Of a stretch of DNA of 64,000 bases, positions 1-10,587 are shown one piece after another; within the stretch, counting starts at the first letter, position 1, and every line of letters begins with the position of its first letter. Source of the stretch: Mobula hypostoma. Its lineage: Eukaryota. The position numbers and the translations under genes are program-made. The stretch is taken from contig NC_086108.1 in assembly GCF_963921235.1 (NCBI RefSeq), forward strand, positions 96,412,001-96,476,000. The letters are read 5' to 3'. Below the pieces are notes generated by a model. The model was not told where the DNA came from, searched no databases, and saw only the letters and a program-made list of their open reading frames with translations.

Positions 1-334
1 TGCGAAGTCTGACTCCAGCCTTTGGACTGCATTCTCCTTAAACTACTGGCTTCAGTTTTACCAGGACTCCTTAACTTAGTGCCAAAGGTAGTCATTCTCA
101 CTTAATCTCTGAAATTCCTTGGTATACATTTGGCACCAGTGAGCATGTTATTGGATAATCAGGAAAACTTGGCAACACAGTCAGTGGCAGCTCCTATCAC
201 TTCGCTAATGACTGAAAGAAAGCTAAAGATAAACATAAACAACAGGAATTCTGCAGATGCTGGAAATTCAAGCAACACACATCAAAGTTGCTGGTGAACG
301 CAGCAGGCCAAGCAGCATCTGCAGGAAGAGGTGC

Positions 335-370
335 AGTCGACGTTTCAGGCCGAGACCCTTCGTCAGGACT
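335..370 (-). ncRNA. Minimal type I hammerhead ribozyme motif, intact core
   Basis: Minus strand reads AGUC-CUGACGA-AGG(GUCUCGG)CCU-GAAAC-GUC-GACU: stem I AGUC/GACU, CUGANGA and GAAA boxes, stem II, palindromic ACGU in place of stem III, GUC cleavage triplet. Confidence 0.82.
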
Positions 371-1061
371 AACTGAAGGAAGAGTGATAAGGGATTTGAA
401 AGTTGGAGGGGGAGGGGGAGATCCAAAATTATAGGAGAAGACAGGAGGGGGAGGGATAGAGCCAAGAGCTGGACAGGTGATAGGCAAAAGGGGATACGAG
501 AGGATCATGGGACAGGAGGTCCGGGAAGAAAGACAAGGTGGGGGGGGACCCAGAGGATGGGCAAGAGGTATATTCAGAGGGACAGAGGGAGAAAAAGGAG
601 AGTGAGAAAAAGGAGAGTGAGAGAAAGAATGTGTGCATAAAAATGAGTAACAGATGGAGTACGAGGGGGAGGTGGGGCCTTAGCGGAAGTTGGAGAAGTC
701 GATGTTCATGCCATCAGGTTGGAGGCTACCCAGACGGAATATAAGGTGTTGTTCCTCCAACCTGAGTGTGGCTTCATCTTTACAGTAGAGGAGGCCGTGT
801 ATAGACATGTCAGAATAGGAATGGGATGTGGAATTACACTGGGAGATCCTGCTTTCTCTGGCGGACAGAGCGTAGATGTTCAGCAAAGCGGTCTCCCAGT
901 CTGCGTCGGGTCACGCCAATATATAAAAGGCCACATACTTCCGCCACCTCCAACGGGATCCCACCACTAAGCACATCTTTCCCTCCCCCCCCCCCGCATT
1001 CCGCTGGGATCGCTCCCTACACAACTCCCTTGTCCATTCGTCCCCCCCATCCCTCCTCACT

Positions 1062-1490
1062 GATCTCCCTCCTGGCACTTATCCGTGTAAGCGGAACAAG
1101 TGCTACACATGCCCTTACACTTCCTCCCTTACCACCATTCAGGGCCCCAAACAGTCCTTCCAGGTGAGGCAACACTTCACCTGTGAGTCGACTGGGTTGA
1201 TATACTGCGTCCGGTGCTCCCGATGTGGCCTTTTATATATTGGCGAGACCCGACGCAGACTGGGAGACCGCTTTGCTGAACATCTACGCTCTGTCCGCCA
1301 GAGAAAGCAGGATCTCCCAGTGGCCACACATTTTAATTCCACATCCCATTCCCATTCTGACATGTCTATCCACGGCCTCCTCTACTGTAAAGATGAAGCC
1401 ACACTCAGGTTGGAGGAACAACACCTTATATTCCGTCTGGGTAGCCTCCAACCTGATGGCATGAACATCGACTTCTCTAACTTCCGCTAA
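1062..1490 (+). pseudogene. C-terminal part of the PLE ORF: Cys-rich linker plus GIY-YIG endonuclease
   Basis: Open frame DLPPGTYPCKRNKCYTCPY...GLIYCVRCSRCGLLYIGETRRRLGDRFAEH...LEEQHLIFRLGSLQPDGMNIDF*. LIY/YIG, R, H, E and GMN motifs fit a PLE GIY-YIG domain; a Cys-rich linker is typical of the Neptune clade. RT is missing. Confidence 0.9.
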
Positions 1491-1783
1491 GGCCCCACCT
1501 CCCCCTCGTACCCCAGCTGTTACTCATTTTTATGCACACATTCTTTCTCTCACTCTCCTTTTTCTCCCTCTGTCCCTCTGAATATACCTCTTGCCCATCC
1601 TCTGGGTCCCCCCCCCCTTGTCTTCCTTCCCGGACCTCCTGTCGCATGATCCTCTCGTATCCCCTTTTGCCTATCACCTGTCCAGCTCTTGGCTCCATCC
1701 CTCCCCTCCTGTCTTCTCCTATCATTTTGGATCTCCCCCTCCCCCTCCAACTTTCAAATCCCTTACTCACTCTTCCTTCAGTT

Positions 1784-1819
1784 AGTCCGGACGAAGGGTC
1801 TCGGCCTGAAACGTCGACT
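1784..1819 (+). ncRNA. Hammerhead ribozyme motif with a mutated core (CGGACGA)
   Basis: Same as 335-370 except T>G at 1789 inside CUGANGA. Confidence 0.7.
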
Positions 1820-1899
1820 GCACCTCTTCCTACAGATGCTGCCTGGCCTGCTGCGTTCACCAGCAACTTTGATGTGTGTTGCTTAAAGATAAACATGAA

Positions 1900-2206
1900 A
1901 GATTACCTTTGTTTGACACATTGAAACTTACAGTGAAATGCGCCACCATTCGTAACAACGACCAGCACAGTCCAAATATGTGCTGAGGGCAGCCCGCAAG
2001 TGTCACCTTGCTTTCAGCGTCAGCATAGCATGCCCACAACTCATGAAACCATACAACTTGGGACTGTGGGAGGAAACTGCAGCACCCGGAGGAAACTCAT
2101 GTGGTCACGGTGAGAACGTACAAACTTCTTACAGGCCGGAGGCGGAATTGAACCTGGGTCACTGGCACTGTACAACGTGATGCTAACCACTACACTACAG
2201 TGCTGC
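1900..2206 (-). mobile_element. tRNA-derived SINE (V-SINE/HE1-like)
   Basis: Minus strand has box A TAGTGTAGTGG, box B GGTTCAATTCC, then the core GTTTGTACGTTCTC...TTTCCTCCGGGTGCT...TTTCCTCCCACAGTCC. Related copies at ~4540-4650, 17385-17620, 33900-34110 and 39985-40280. Confidence 0.75.
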
Positions 2207-2634
2207 TCTGGAAGACTCATTCAGTGGCAGTGACCCAAAGAACTTAAGTCAATAAAAAAAACGTTAAAACTTGAAGAAGAATAAACTGAATTTAAAAATA
2301 GTAAATTTACTTTCAGTTTTGGGATATAGGAATTAAAGTACTGGCATTTGCTAAAGCAAAATAAAAAAGAGTTATTGTACCTTTATTGTCAGTGAATGTG
2401 CGTGAATGGGGCTTCGCCATGTATGGTTGCCAGGGCTGCCACGGAGCTGAGGGGCCAGATGGGAAGCGCATCCTCAACTCAGGATATGACACTCAATGAT
2501 GAAGTATGGGAGGCACAAAACCCCATACATGGCACCTCCAGGGCTGCCAGTGCAATCCAGCCCTTTAATTGTTTCTCTCTCCCAAGCTACTGCCTGATCT
2601 CGCTCAATATTTTGTAGCATCCTTTGATTTATTT

Positions 2635-3252
2635 GAACATAGAACATTACAGCACAGCACAGGCCCTGCCGGAAGGTCTCAGCTTGAAACAGCGACTGTA
2701 CTCTTTTCCATAGATGCTGCCTGACCTGCTGAATTCCTCCAGCATTTTGTGTGTGTTGCTCGGATTTCCAGCATCTGCAGATTTTCCCTTGTTTGTGACA
2801 GCACAGGCTCTTTGGCCCAAGATGTTGAGCTGACATTTTAAACTACTTTAAAATCAATATAACCTTCCCTCCTAAACAGCCCTCCACTCTTCTATCATCT
2901 TAGAGTTTTGTCAATGTATCTGCCTCTACCACCATCCCCGGCAGGGCGTTCCACGCACCCACCACTCTCTATGCAAAATACTTGCCCCTGACACCCCCTG
3001 CACTTTCCTCCAATCACCTTAAAATTATGCCCCCTTGGCCATTCTGCCCTCGGAAAAGTCTCTGGCTGCCCACTCAATCTATCTTGTACACCTCTATCAA
3101 GTCACCTCTTATCCTCCTTTGCTCCAAAGAGAAAAGCCTGAGCTCACTCAACCATCCCCATAAGATTGCTCTCTAATCCAGGCAGCATCCTGGTAATTCT
3201 CCTCTGCATCCACTCTGTATCTTATAACCAGAACTGAACACAATATTCCAAG
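2635..3252 (-). mobile_element. CR1 LINE 3' fragment, interrupted by a short PLE-derived insertion
   Basis: Matches the 3' ends of other CR1 copies in the window, with a (TTCTATG)-type tail. Decayed frame FPRAEWPRGHNFKVIGGK. Confidence 0.8.
2665..2797 (+). mobile_element. 133-bp PLE-terminal-repeat insertion beginning with a degenerate hammerhead
   Basis: Exact 11-bp TSD ACAGCACAGGC at 2654-2664 and 2798-2808. Homologous to the PLE tail from ~1787 onward. Confidence 0.85.
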
Positions 3253-3256
3253 GAGA

Positions 3257-3945
3257 TTTTAGATTAAATTATGAGGACACTCAGTCCTCATTTATTGTCA
3301 TTCAGAAATGCATGCATGCATGCATTAAGAAATGATACAATGTTCCTCCAGAGTGATATCACAATAAAAACAGGACAAACCAAGACTAACACTGACAAGA
3401 CCACATAATTATAACATATAGTTACAGCAGTGCAAAGCAATACCATAATTTGATAAAGAGCAGACCATGGGCACGGTAAAAAAAAGTCTCAAAGTTCCGA
3501 TCAACTCCCGATAGTCCCCGATAGCAGGCAGCAGAAGGGAGAAGCTCTCCCTGCCATAAACCTCCAGGCACCGACAACTGTCGATGCATTGGAAGCACCC
3601 GACCACAGCTGACTCTGAGTCTGTCCGAAAACTTTGAGCCTCCGACCAGCCCTTTGACACTGAGCACTGAGCACCATCTCTGCCGAGCGCTTTGACCCCC
3701 CCCCCCCGCCGCCGAGCAACAAGCAAAGCCGAGGATTCAGGGCCTTCCCCTCCGGAGATTCTGGATCACACAGTAACAGCGGTAGCGAGAAAGGCATTTC
3801 AGAAGTTTCACCAGATGTTCCTCTGTTCTCTCACGTCTGTTTCCATCAAATCAGGATTGTGCACGGCACCCTACTTGACAGATTATAGATATCATTCACC
3901 AGAGTGGCCGCGCAAGCTGTGTCGTGCTGCCATCTTCTCCTACAT
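3257..3945 (-). mobile_element. Unclassified ~690-bp interspersed repeat, probably a non-autonomous retroelement
   Basis: A second, similar copy lies at ~27646-28322. AATAAA and a short simple-repeat tail on the minus strand. Both copies abut or interrupt CR1 sequence. Confidence 0.65.
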
Positions 3946-4077
3946 GCTTTGATAAAAGGAGCTCCAAGCATGACTAGTTTGGGTAGGGGTTTAGAAAATG
4001 AAAGTTGTTCCAATCAGTGGATGATTCAAGGCCGAGGGGTTACCTGATCAACACTGATCTTAACAAATGATGCAAGT

Positions 4078-4520
4078 GCAACACACAAAAAGCAGTGGAG
4101 GAATGCAGCCCATCGGGAGGGGAATGGACAGTCGAGATTTTGGGTCATAACACTTCTTTGCAACTGAAATAGAAGGGGGGGTAGGAGTCAGCGTGAAAAG
4201 GTATGGGACGGGGAGAAGCACAAGCTGGCAGATTAGTCCAGGTGTAAAGGGGAAGGTAGGTGAGTGGGAAAGGGGTGGTGGAAGGGAAGGTTGTGAGAAG
4301 CTCAGAGGTGATAGCTGGAAGAGGTAAGGGGCTGAAGAAGAAGGATTCGAATAAGAGAGGCTATTAGACCATGGAATAAAGGGAAGGTGGTGGGAAACTG
4401 GAGGGAGGTGATAGGGAGGTCATGAGGGTGGGGAAGGGGGTGAGAGAGCCACAAGAATGAGGGAAAACAAAGAGTGTTAGGTGGGAATAAGGATAAGGAG
4501 GGGAGAGGTTACTACAAAGA
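4078..4520 (-). mobile_element. Decayed PLE 3' repeat
   Basis: Purine-rich tract and a CAGTCGAGATTTTGGG motif resembling 270-680. Confidence 0.55.
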
Positions 4521-5001
4521 GTGTTAGGTGGGGATAAGACCCAGGAAAAACCCCATGTACGTACAGACTCCTTACAGATGATGTCAGAATTGACTCTGAA
4601 TGCTGACATCCCAAGCTGTAATGGCATTGTGCTAGCTGCTATGCTGCCATAACCCTTGATCTCCGATACAACAGACGCTTGAGAAAGGATCCGATAGATC
4701 AGAGGTGTTGTGGTAGGTAAAGACCACAATCACTGTACAAGCACCAGCAAATGGGACAAGCTTCGGTAGGCATGGATGAGCTGGGCTGAACTCCTGCTTC
4801 CAGACTGTATAACCCTGTGGTACTAATACTGATTACTGAGGTGACATCAGTGTGACTCAGAACTGGGGCTTTTCCCCAACATGCCTGACCTTGCCAAAAA
4901 TGACAATTGGTAACCAGCTGGTAGGTTTACCAGTTCTGTTGGGACTTTCTTTACCCTGTGCCAAATTCTATACTCTCTGTGAGTTCCCAGCAACCCAGTT
5001 T

Positions 5002-5411
5002 CTCCTCCTCACCTACCCCTCCCGTTACTCCATCTTGCACCCCACTGATACCCCAATCCTCACCCACCTCTCCTGTTACCCCATCACCTACCTCTCCTGT
5101 TACCCCCATCCTCACCTACATCTCTACATTACTGTGATGGGGGGGGTAACAGGATGGGTGGGTGATGGGGTAACAGGAGGGATGGGTAATGGGTGTAATA
5201 GGAGGGGTGGGTGAGGATGGGCAGTAACAGGAGATGTAGGTGAGGATGAGGGTAACAGGAGAGGTAGGTGATGGGAGTAACAGGAAAGGTGGTGAGGGGG
5301 GTAATAGGTGGGGTGGGTGAGGATGGTACCAGGAAGAGTGGGTGATGGGGGTTAGAGGGGTGGGTGATGGTGTCGTAACAGGAGAGGTGGGTGAGGATGG
5401 GGGGGGGTAAA
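5002..5411. repeat. Head-to-head inverted minisatellite (C-rich arm, then G-rich arm; ~24-30 bp unit)
   Basis: CCCCATC(CTC)ACCCACCTCTCCTGTTA-like units to ~5125, then the complementary TAACAGGAGAGGTGGGTGA(GGA)TGGGG-like units to 5411. Confidence 0.85.
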
Positions 5412-5419
5412 CTCTAGAC

Positions 5420-5485
5420 CAGGGGTTCTCAACCTTTTTTATGCCATGTACCAATACCATTAAACAAGAGGTCCATTGACCCCAG
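5420..5485 (+). mobile_element. hAT/Charlie-like MITE fragment
   Basis: Starts CAGGGGTTCTCAACC immediately after CTCTAGAC, a Charlie-type target site. The second TIR is missing. Confidence 0.55.
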
Positions 5486-5699
5486 CAGCAATACGGAGCA
5501 AGGCACATAACTTATAAAAATATGTAAATAGAGCAAAAAGTGAATAACGAAGAAATGTTCATGGGTTAATGGACTGTTTGAAATCTGATGGCAGAGGGGA
5601 AGAAATACTGAGCATTGGTGAGTTTGTGTACAGTAGTCCTATCACCTTTCTCCTGCCTTACCCAATTTCAAACTCTTCCAAAACTTTGATTTTTAACCT

Positions 5700-6128
5700 A
5701 ACAATCCACCCCACCATCAGAACGTGCTCTCTTCTTGCTGCTGCTGTTGGGAAGGAGATTCTGGAGCCATAGGACCCATACCACCAGGTTCGGGAAGAGT
5801 TATTACCCTTCAATCAGCTCCTCAACCAGTGTGGATAACTTCACTCACCTCAACTCTGAACTGACTGCGCAACCTATGGACTTACTCTCAAGGATACTAT
5901 AACTCACGTTCTATGTAGGTATTTATCTATATATATATTTTTCTTTTTTTTTGTGTGTTTGCAGTTTATCTTCTTTTGCATATTAATTGTCTGCACTTGT
6001 GTGTAGCTTTCAATTGACTCTATTGTACCTTATTTTCCTGTGAATGCCCACAAGAAAATGAATCTCAGGGTTGTATGTGCTGACATACAGTGTGCATACT
6101 TGGTTAATAAATTTACTTTGAACTTTAA
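5700..6128 (+). mobile_element. Rex1/Babar-like LINE 3' remnant
   Basis: Similar to 43070-43472 (CTCTTCTTGCTGCTG...ACCACCAGGTTC...AATAAATTTACTTTGAACTT tail). Confidence 0.65.
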
Positions 6129-7404
6129 ACTTTTCTTCTGCAACAAACTCCAGTAAATTGAAGCAGATATGATGTTGCATACGCAGCAAGTTTTAAAAGA
6201 ACCTGATGGTTTTAACAGGCTGCCTGAAAATCCAGATGCTTTTGCACCACAGAATATATCTCAGATTCAGTCAGCTAGGATTACTGGGTAAATTATCCAG
6301 GATATCAACATTTCCTGTCATCTGGCAGTCACTTCAGTCACACGTACTACCCAGCACAATTCATCATTTGTGCAAATTAGAAGGAAAGAGATCGAGGCAC
6401 ATTAGGATAACAAAATGATTTTCGGAATAAACATCTGCTTTCATCCAGCTGCCCTCCCGCTAAATATTTTACTGTTTCAGAACAACTTATCGTAAAGAGT
6501 CAGATCAGCAGAGAACATTCTGTTCGAAAATAAACTGTAGCAGACTGAGGAAAATTGTTTTGGCCAGGAGTTGATACTAATATGTTAGGAAGGATAAACA
6601 GGCAGAGATAACAAGCACCCCATCCCTTGAAGCCTGACATCTGCCAGAACGCATCACCTTCTCACAGAGCATACATGCTCCCAAACTCTTGTGAAATGCT
6701 AACTTCCTCCTGCTTAGCACTGCGCAAGCTGTCCTTGTTCTGGGGATCAGCTACTCTTTTCCCAGAACCTTCCCCTCTCTCGTTCCTACTGAATGCAGCA
6801 AACGTGTTTTAACATAGAATGCTTCTCACCGTCCTGCTTCAGGGGCTCTAGGGGAGGAAGTCACTTTGCTCCTTTTTTCCTGTACTTGATTACTTGTAGA
6901 GCGTGGAGTGAACCCTTCATAATGTGGTATTTGGTTTTGCAAGTGGCTTGCTCCAATTGGCCGGAGCTCCATTATATGGAAGACTGAAGATTCAAGATTC
7001 AAATTTTTTTGTCATGTGTACATCAAAATTATCTCACATAAACATGCACTTAATGCCAACTTGTTGATCTTCAGGCCATGCCACTCCAGGGCTTGTACTA
7101 ATATTATTTAGTGACTGTATGTGTTGGATTGTAACTATATGTGCTGTGCGACTATACACACTGTGTTTTGCATTTTGCCTCCGGAGGAACAATGTTTCGT
7201 TTAGCTGTATACATGTGTATGGTTGAATGACAATAAACTTGAACTTTAACTTGAAACATACAGTGAAATGCATCATTTGCGTTAACAACCAACACACCCG
7301 GGGGTGTGCAGGCGGTAGCCTGCAAGTGTCGCCACATGTTCCGGCGCAAACCCAGGATGCCCACCATGCTCAGCAGAGCAACACAGAACACTACAAGCCC
7401 ATTA

Positions 7405-8569
7405 TGTCATGGTCCGGTCCGTGAAGTCGGTATTCCAGTTCACGGTCCGGTCCATCGTTCCTTATTACAGGTTTTCCGGTTTTCCCTTGTTCTGTTGGTT
7501 GCTCTAATTGAGGCACCAGATTCTCATTTTGGGCTGGTTTGTTCTGTCATAAGGGGGGTGTTGATGGCAGACCCAAATGCAAGACACAGACACTGGAGTA
7601 CTAAGAACAGGACTTGACTAGAGAGCTGGGACAAGAACACAGACTTGGGCTAGGACATCGGCTAGGCAAGTGGGACCGGGACAAGGAACTGGGAACTGGG
7701 AGCCTGGGTTCGGACTCCGAACCAGAGACTGGACAGGGAGCCAGAACCTGGGTCTTGACTCGGGCTCAGACCCCGGAAGTAGGCGAGGACATGACGTGGC
7801 TACAGGACTGGAAATGGCTTGGGTTCCTCAAGGCTTGGGTTCTGCGTGGCTTGGGTTCCTCAAGGGGAGGACATGAAAAGGCTTGGGTTCCTCAAAGCAA
7901 GGACATGACAAGACTTGGGTTCCTCAAGACCACGTCGTCTCTACGCCTATTTCCGGAGTCCGAGCCTGAGTCAAGACCCAGGTTCTGGGTCCTTGTCCAG
8001 TTTCTGGCTTGGAGTCCGAACCCAACCCTTGTCATGTCCTGACCTCGAGGAACCCCAGCCTCGTCATGTCCTCACCTCAAGGAACCCAAGCCTCATCATG
8101 TCCTCGCCTCGAGGAACCCAAGCCACGAAGATGCCAAGCCTCAAGGAACCCAAGCCATGTCCAGTCCTGTAGCCACGTCATGTCCTCGCCTAGTTCCGGG
8201 GTCCGAGCCCGAGTCAAGACACAGATTCTGGGTCCCTGTCCAGTCTCTGGCTCGGAGTCCAAGCCCAGGCTCCCATTTCCCAGTTCCTTGTTCTGGTCCC
8301 GCTTGCCTAGCCAATGTCCTAGCCCAAGTCTGTATTCTTGTCCCAGCTCTCTAGTCAAGTCCTATTCTTAGTACTTCAGTGTCTGTGTCTTGCATTTGTG
8401 TCTGCCATCAACGCCCCCCACTTATGACAGAACAAACCAGCTCAAAATGAGAATCAGGTGCCTCCATTAGAGCAACCAACAGAACAAGGGAAAATCAGAA
8501 AACTTGTAAGAAGGAAGGATGGACCGGACCATGAACTGGAATACCGACTTCACGGACCGGAGCATGACA
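7405..8569. mobile_element. Palindromic (fold-back) element with TGTCATG...CATGACA ends, LTR-like sequence
   Basis: 7405-~7830 is the reverse complement of ~8140-8569. A nested second pair of TG/CA ends at 7545 and 8429. Flanks CATTA/CATTC. Confidence 0.85.
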
Positions 8570-10139
8570 CATTCTTCCCTCTCACCTAAGCACATGCACA
8601 ATCCTCTAACCCCAAGAAAGGCCTTCAGCCTCCAGCAGACTTGGACACGGGCCTGCAGACACTGGGTTTCCACCTCCCCAGCAGACTCACAGAGATTCGC
8701 TACCTCAGCTACAGCCAACAGGCTTCAATCTCCAGGTTTTTCTTAGGCCTCGATCAAGACTGAAACGAGAATTATTCAAGAGCTCCTGAAATATGGAATA
8801 GAAATACAATTCCATTAACCAAGATGGTAATCTTTGCACTTCAGCTAAACACAGCTATCATGGAGCACACATCTGTGCTCCCATAGAAACGAATAGATGT
8901 TGTTTCATTTGCTTTGTGTCTCCACCATATGTGGAAGTTTGGTAGATTGCCACGAAGAGCATTTCTGGAAATGACAGCAATAAGTTTTCAAGCACATTGT
9001 GCAGATAAAGTGAAAGTTACTTTAAAAAAAAAAGCAGCTATATTGTCAAGTCCCAAGTTTGACTCTTTACTTTCATTAAAATACTGCAGATTGAGGAAAA
9101 AAACTGTGAATTCACTTTTCACTTTCATTATATAGACTGTAATTTAACCCTGATTTATATCATCTTAGGTCTTACGGAGAGTAAGCAGAAGAGTGGGGTT
9201 GAGAGGGATAGTAAATCAGTCATGATGGAATGACAGGATAGACCTAGTGGGCTGAATGGCCTAATTCTGCTCCCAGGTTTTATGGTCATAACTTTCAAGT
9301 AAATACACTGCAAATAGTAAATCCAGTGAGGACAGATCACAGTGAACTTAACAAGTGAGCGAGGTCATCCTATCTTGAGACATCTTAGTAGATTATAAGG
9401 AGGCTCAATAAGCTGTGGAAGTTCCCACGAGAAGCAAACCCACCTCAGTTTGGAGCATGAACTGGTTTCCCTGCACGCGGCCACGGAGCTTGTCTGCTAT
9501 TGTGAGCTCCGGCTGGGTTGGAGGCACCCTGCTGTAAGCAGCCTCACAAACCTCACTGTTTGTTCAACTCCACACAGAACAGTCATCTCAGTTGTGTCAG
9601 TTCGGCATAGACTTGATGGGCCAAAGAGCCTTTTTCTGTGTTGACTGTAGGGGGTTTGGGGTTGGGGAGACTCTGTCTGTGTTGGATAGCCTTGGTGCCA
9701 GGAGAGGAGATATGTTTGAGTGTGTAATTACTGAGAGCCCTTCCTTATTGCTAGTTGGATAAGTATGCATTGGCTTGTGGCCAAGGAAAGAGTCCTAATT
9801 ACTTTTGTGATTTCTAGGATGTCTGGCCAGCTACGCTGGAGGGCATGGGAGGCCTTAAGCATGGGCAGCAGTAAACTCTTGAATCATTTGATACACTACG
9901 TCAAGTAATAAACAGTTGGACTGGATTAAGCTGAGGGCCAACGCGTTCACAAGTTAAAGCAAAACAGATCTAATAGTTACAAAGTGCATTAGATGTTACC
10001 AAGTGCAAAAGACAAAATAATAAACTTTTATTTAGGAGTAGCACAGTGATGTAGGTCACTCAAAGTCCACCCTATGGACCCATCGAGAGAGGTTCATTGG
10101 TTTAAAGGTTCATTTTATTGTCTTGCCTTGTCCATACAG

Positions 10140-10286
10140 GACCAACCACCGCTGCTGGGCTATAAACGTGCAGGAGCAATGTGTGGTTAAGTGCCTTGCT
10201 CAAGGACACAACACGCTGCCTCAACTGAGGCTCGAACTCGCAACCTTCAGATCACTAGTCCAATGCCTTAACCACTTGGCCACGTC
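10140..10286 (-). mobile_element. tRNA-derived CORE-type SINE
   Basis: Minus strand: TGGCCAAGTGG (box A), GAGTTCGAGCC (box B), then TGTGTCCTTGAGCAAGGCACTTAACC (CORE-like). Confidence 0.7.
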
Positions 10287-10587
10287 AAAGGATATATACA
10301 TATCATATACAGTACAACTCTGATACTTGTCTTCTCCAGATAGCCATGAAATACAGAAAAACCATGGAAGCTGTTGAAAAGAAAAGCCATAAGTGCCCCC
10401 ACCAACACGTAAAAGATAAAGAAACAAAACTCGCAAATCCTAAAACTCCCCACCCCTCCCTCACAGCAGAAAAACAGCGAGGTGGAAGCATATGCTGGTG
10501 AGGCTGGATAGGCCAATCCCCTATATAATGGATACAATGGATTACAGATACATTGACGAGCTCCAACTATACCATCGATCTTCGACG

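Larger units (their letters stand above)
237..1883. mobile_element. Penelope-like retroelement (Neptune-type), 5'-truncated, with an inverted second copy of its 3' end (237-936 minus, 937-1883 plus)
   Basis: Exact 13-bp TSD TAAAGATAAACAT at 224-236 and 1884-1896. 237-936 is the reverse complement of ~1223-1883 plus a slightly longer tail. Contains a GIY-YIG ORF and hammerhead motifs. Confidence 0.92.

Noticed and set aside
2365..2499. Plus-strand frame ...NVREWGFAMYGCQGCHGAEGPDGKRILNSGYDTQ* with a CxxCH heme-c-like motif after a possible acceptor
   Set aside because: Only ~44 codons between stops, no linked exons and no other cytochrome features; most likely chance. tBLASTn or RNA-seq could revive it.
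6660..6985. Minus-strand open stretches (FHIMELRPIG...; RNERGEGSGK...) as exons
   Set aside because: The acceptor comes from a repeat tail, the implied intron is only ~40 nt, and the peptide is unrecognisable.
7810..8160. Short repeats with variable spacing resembling a CRISPR array
   Set aside because: No unique spacers, eukaryotic context and no cas genes; these are internal subrepeats.
7614..8371. Mirror-image ORFs MTRELGQE... on both strands
   Set aside because: A by-product of the palindromic repeat; low-complexity peptides with no domain.
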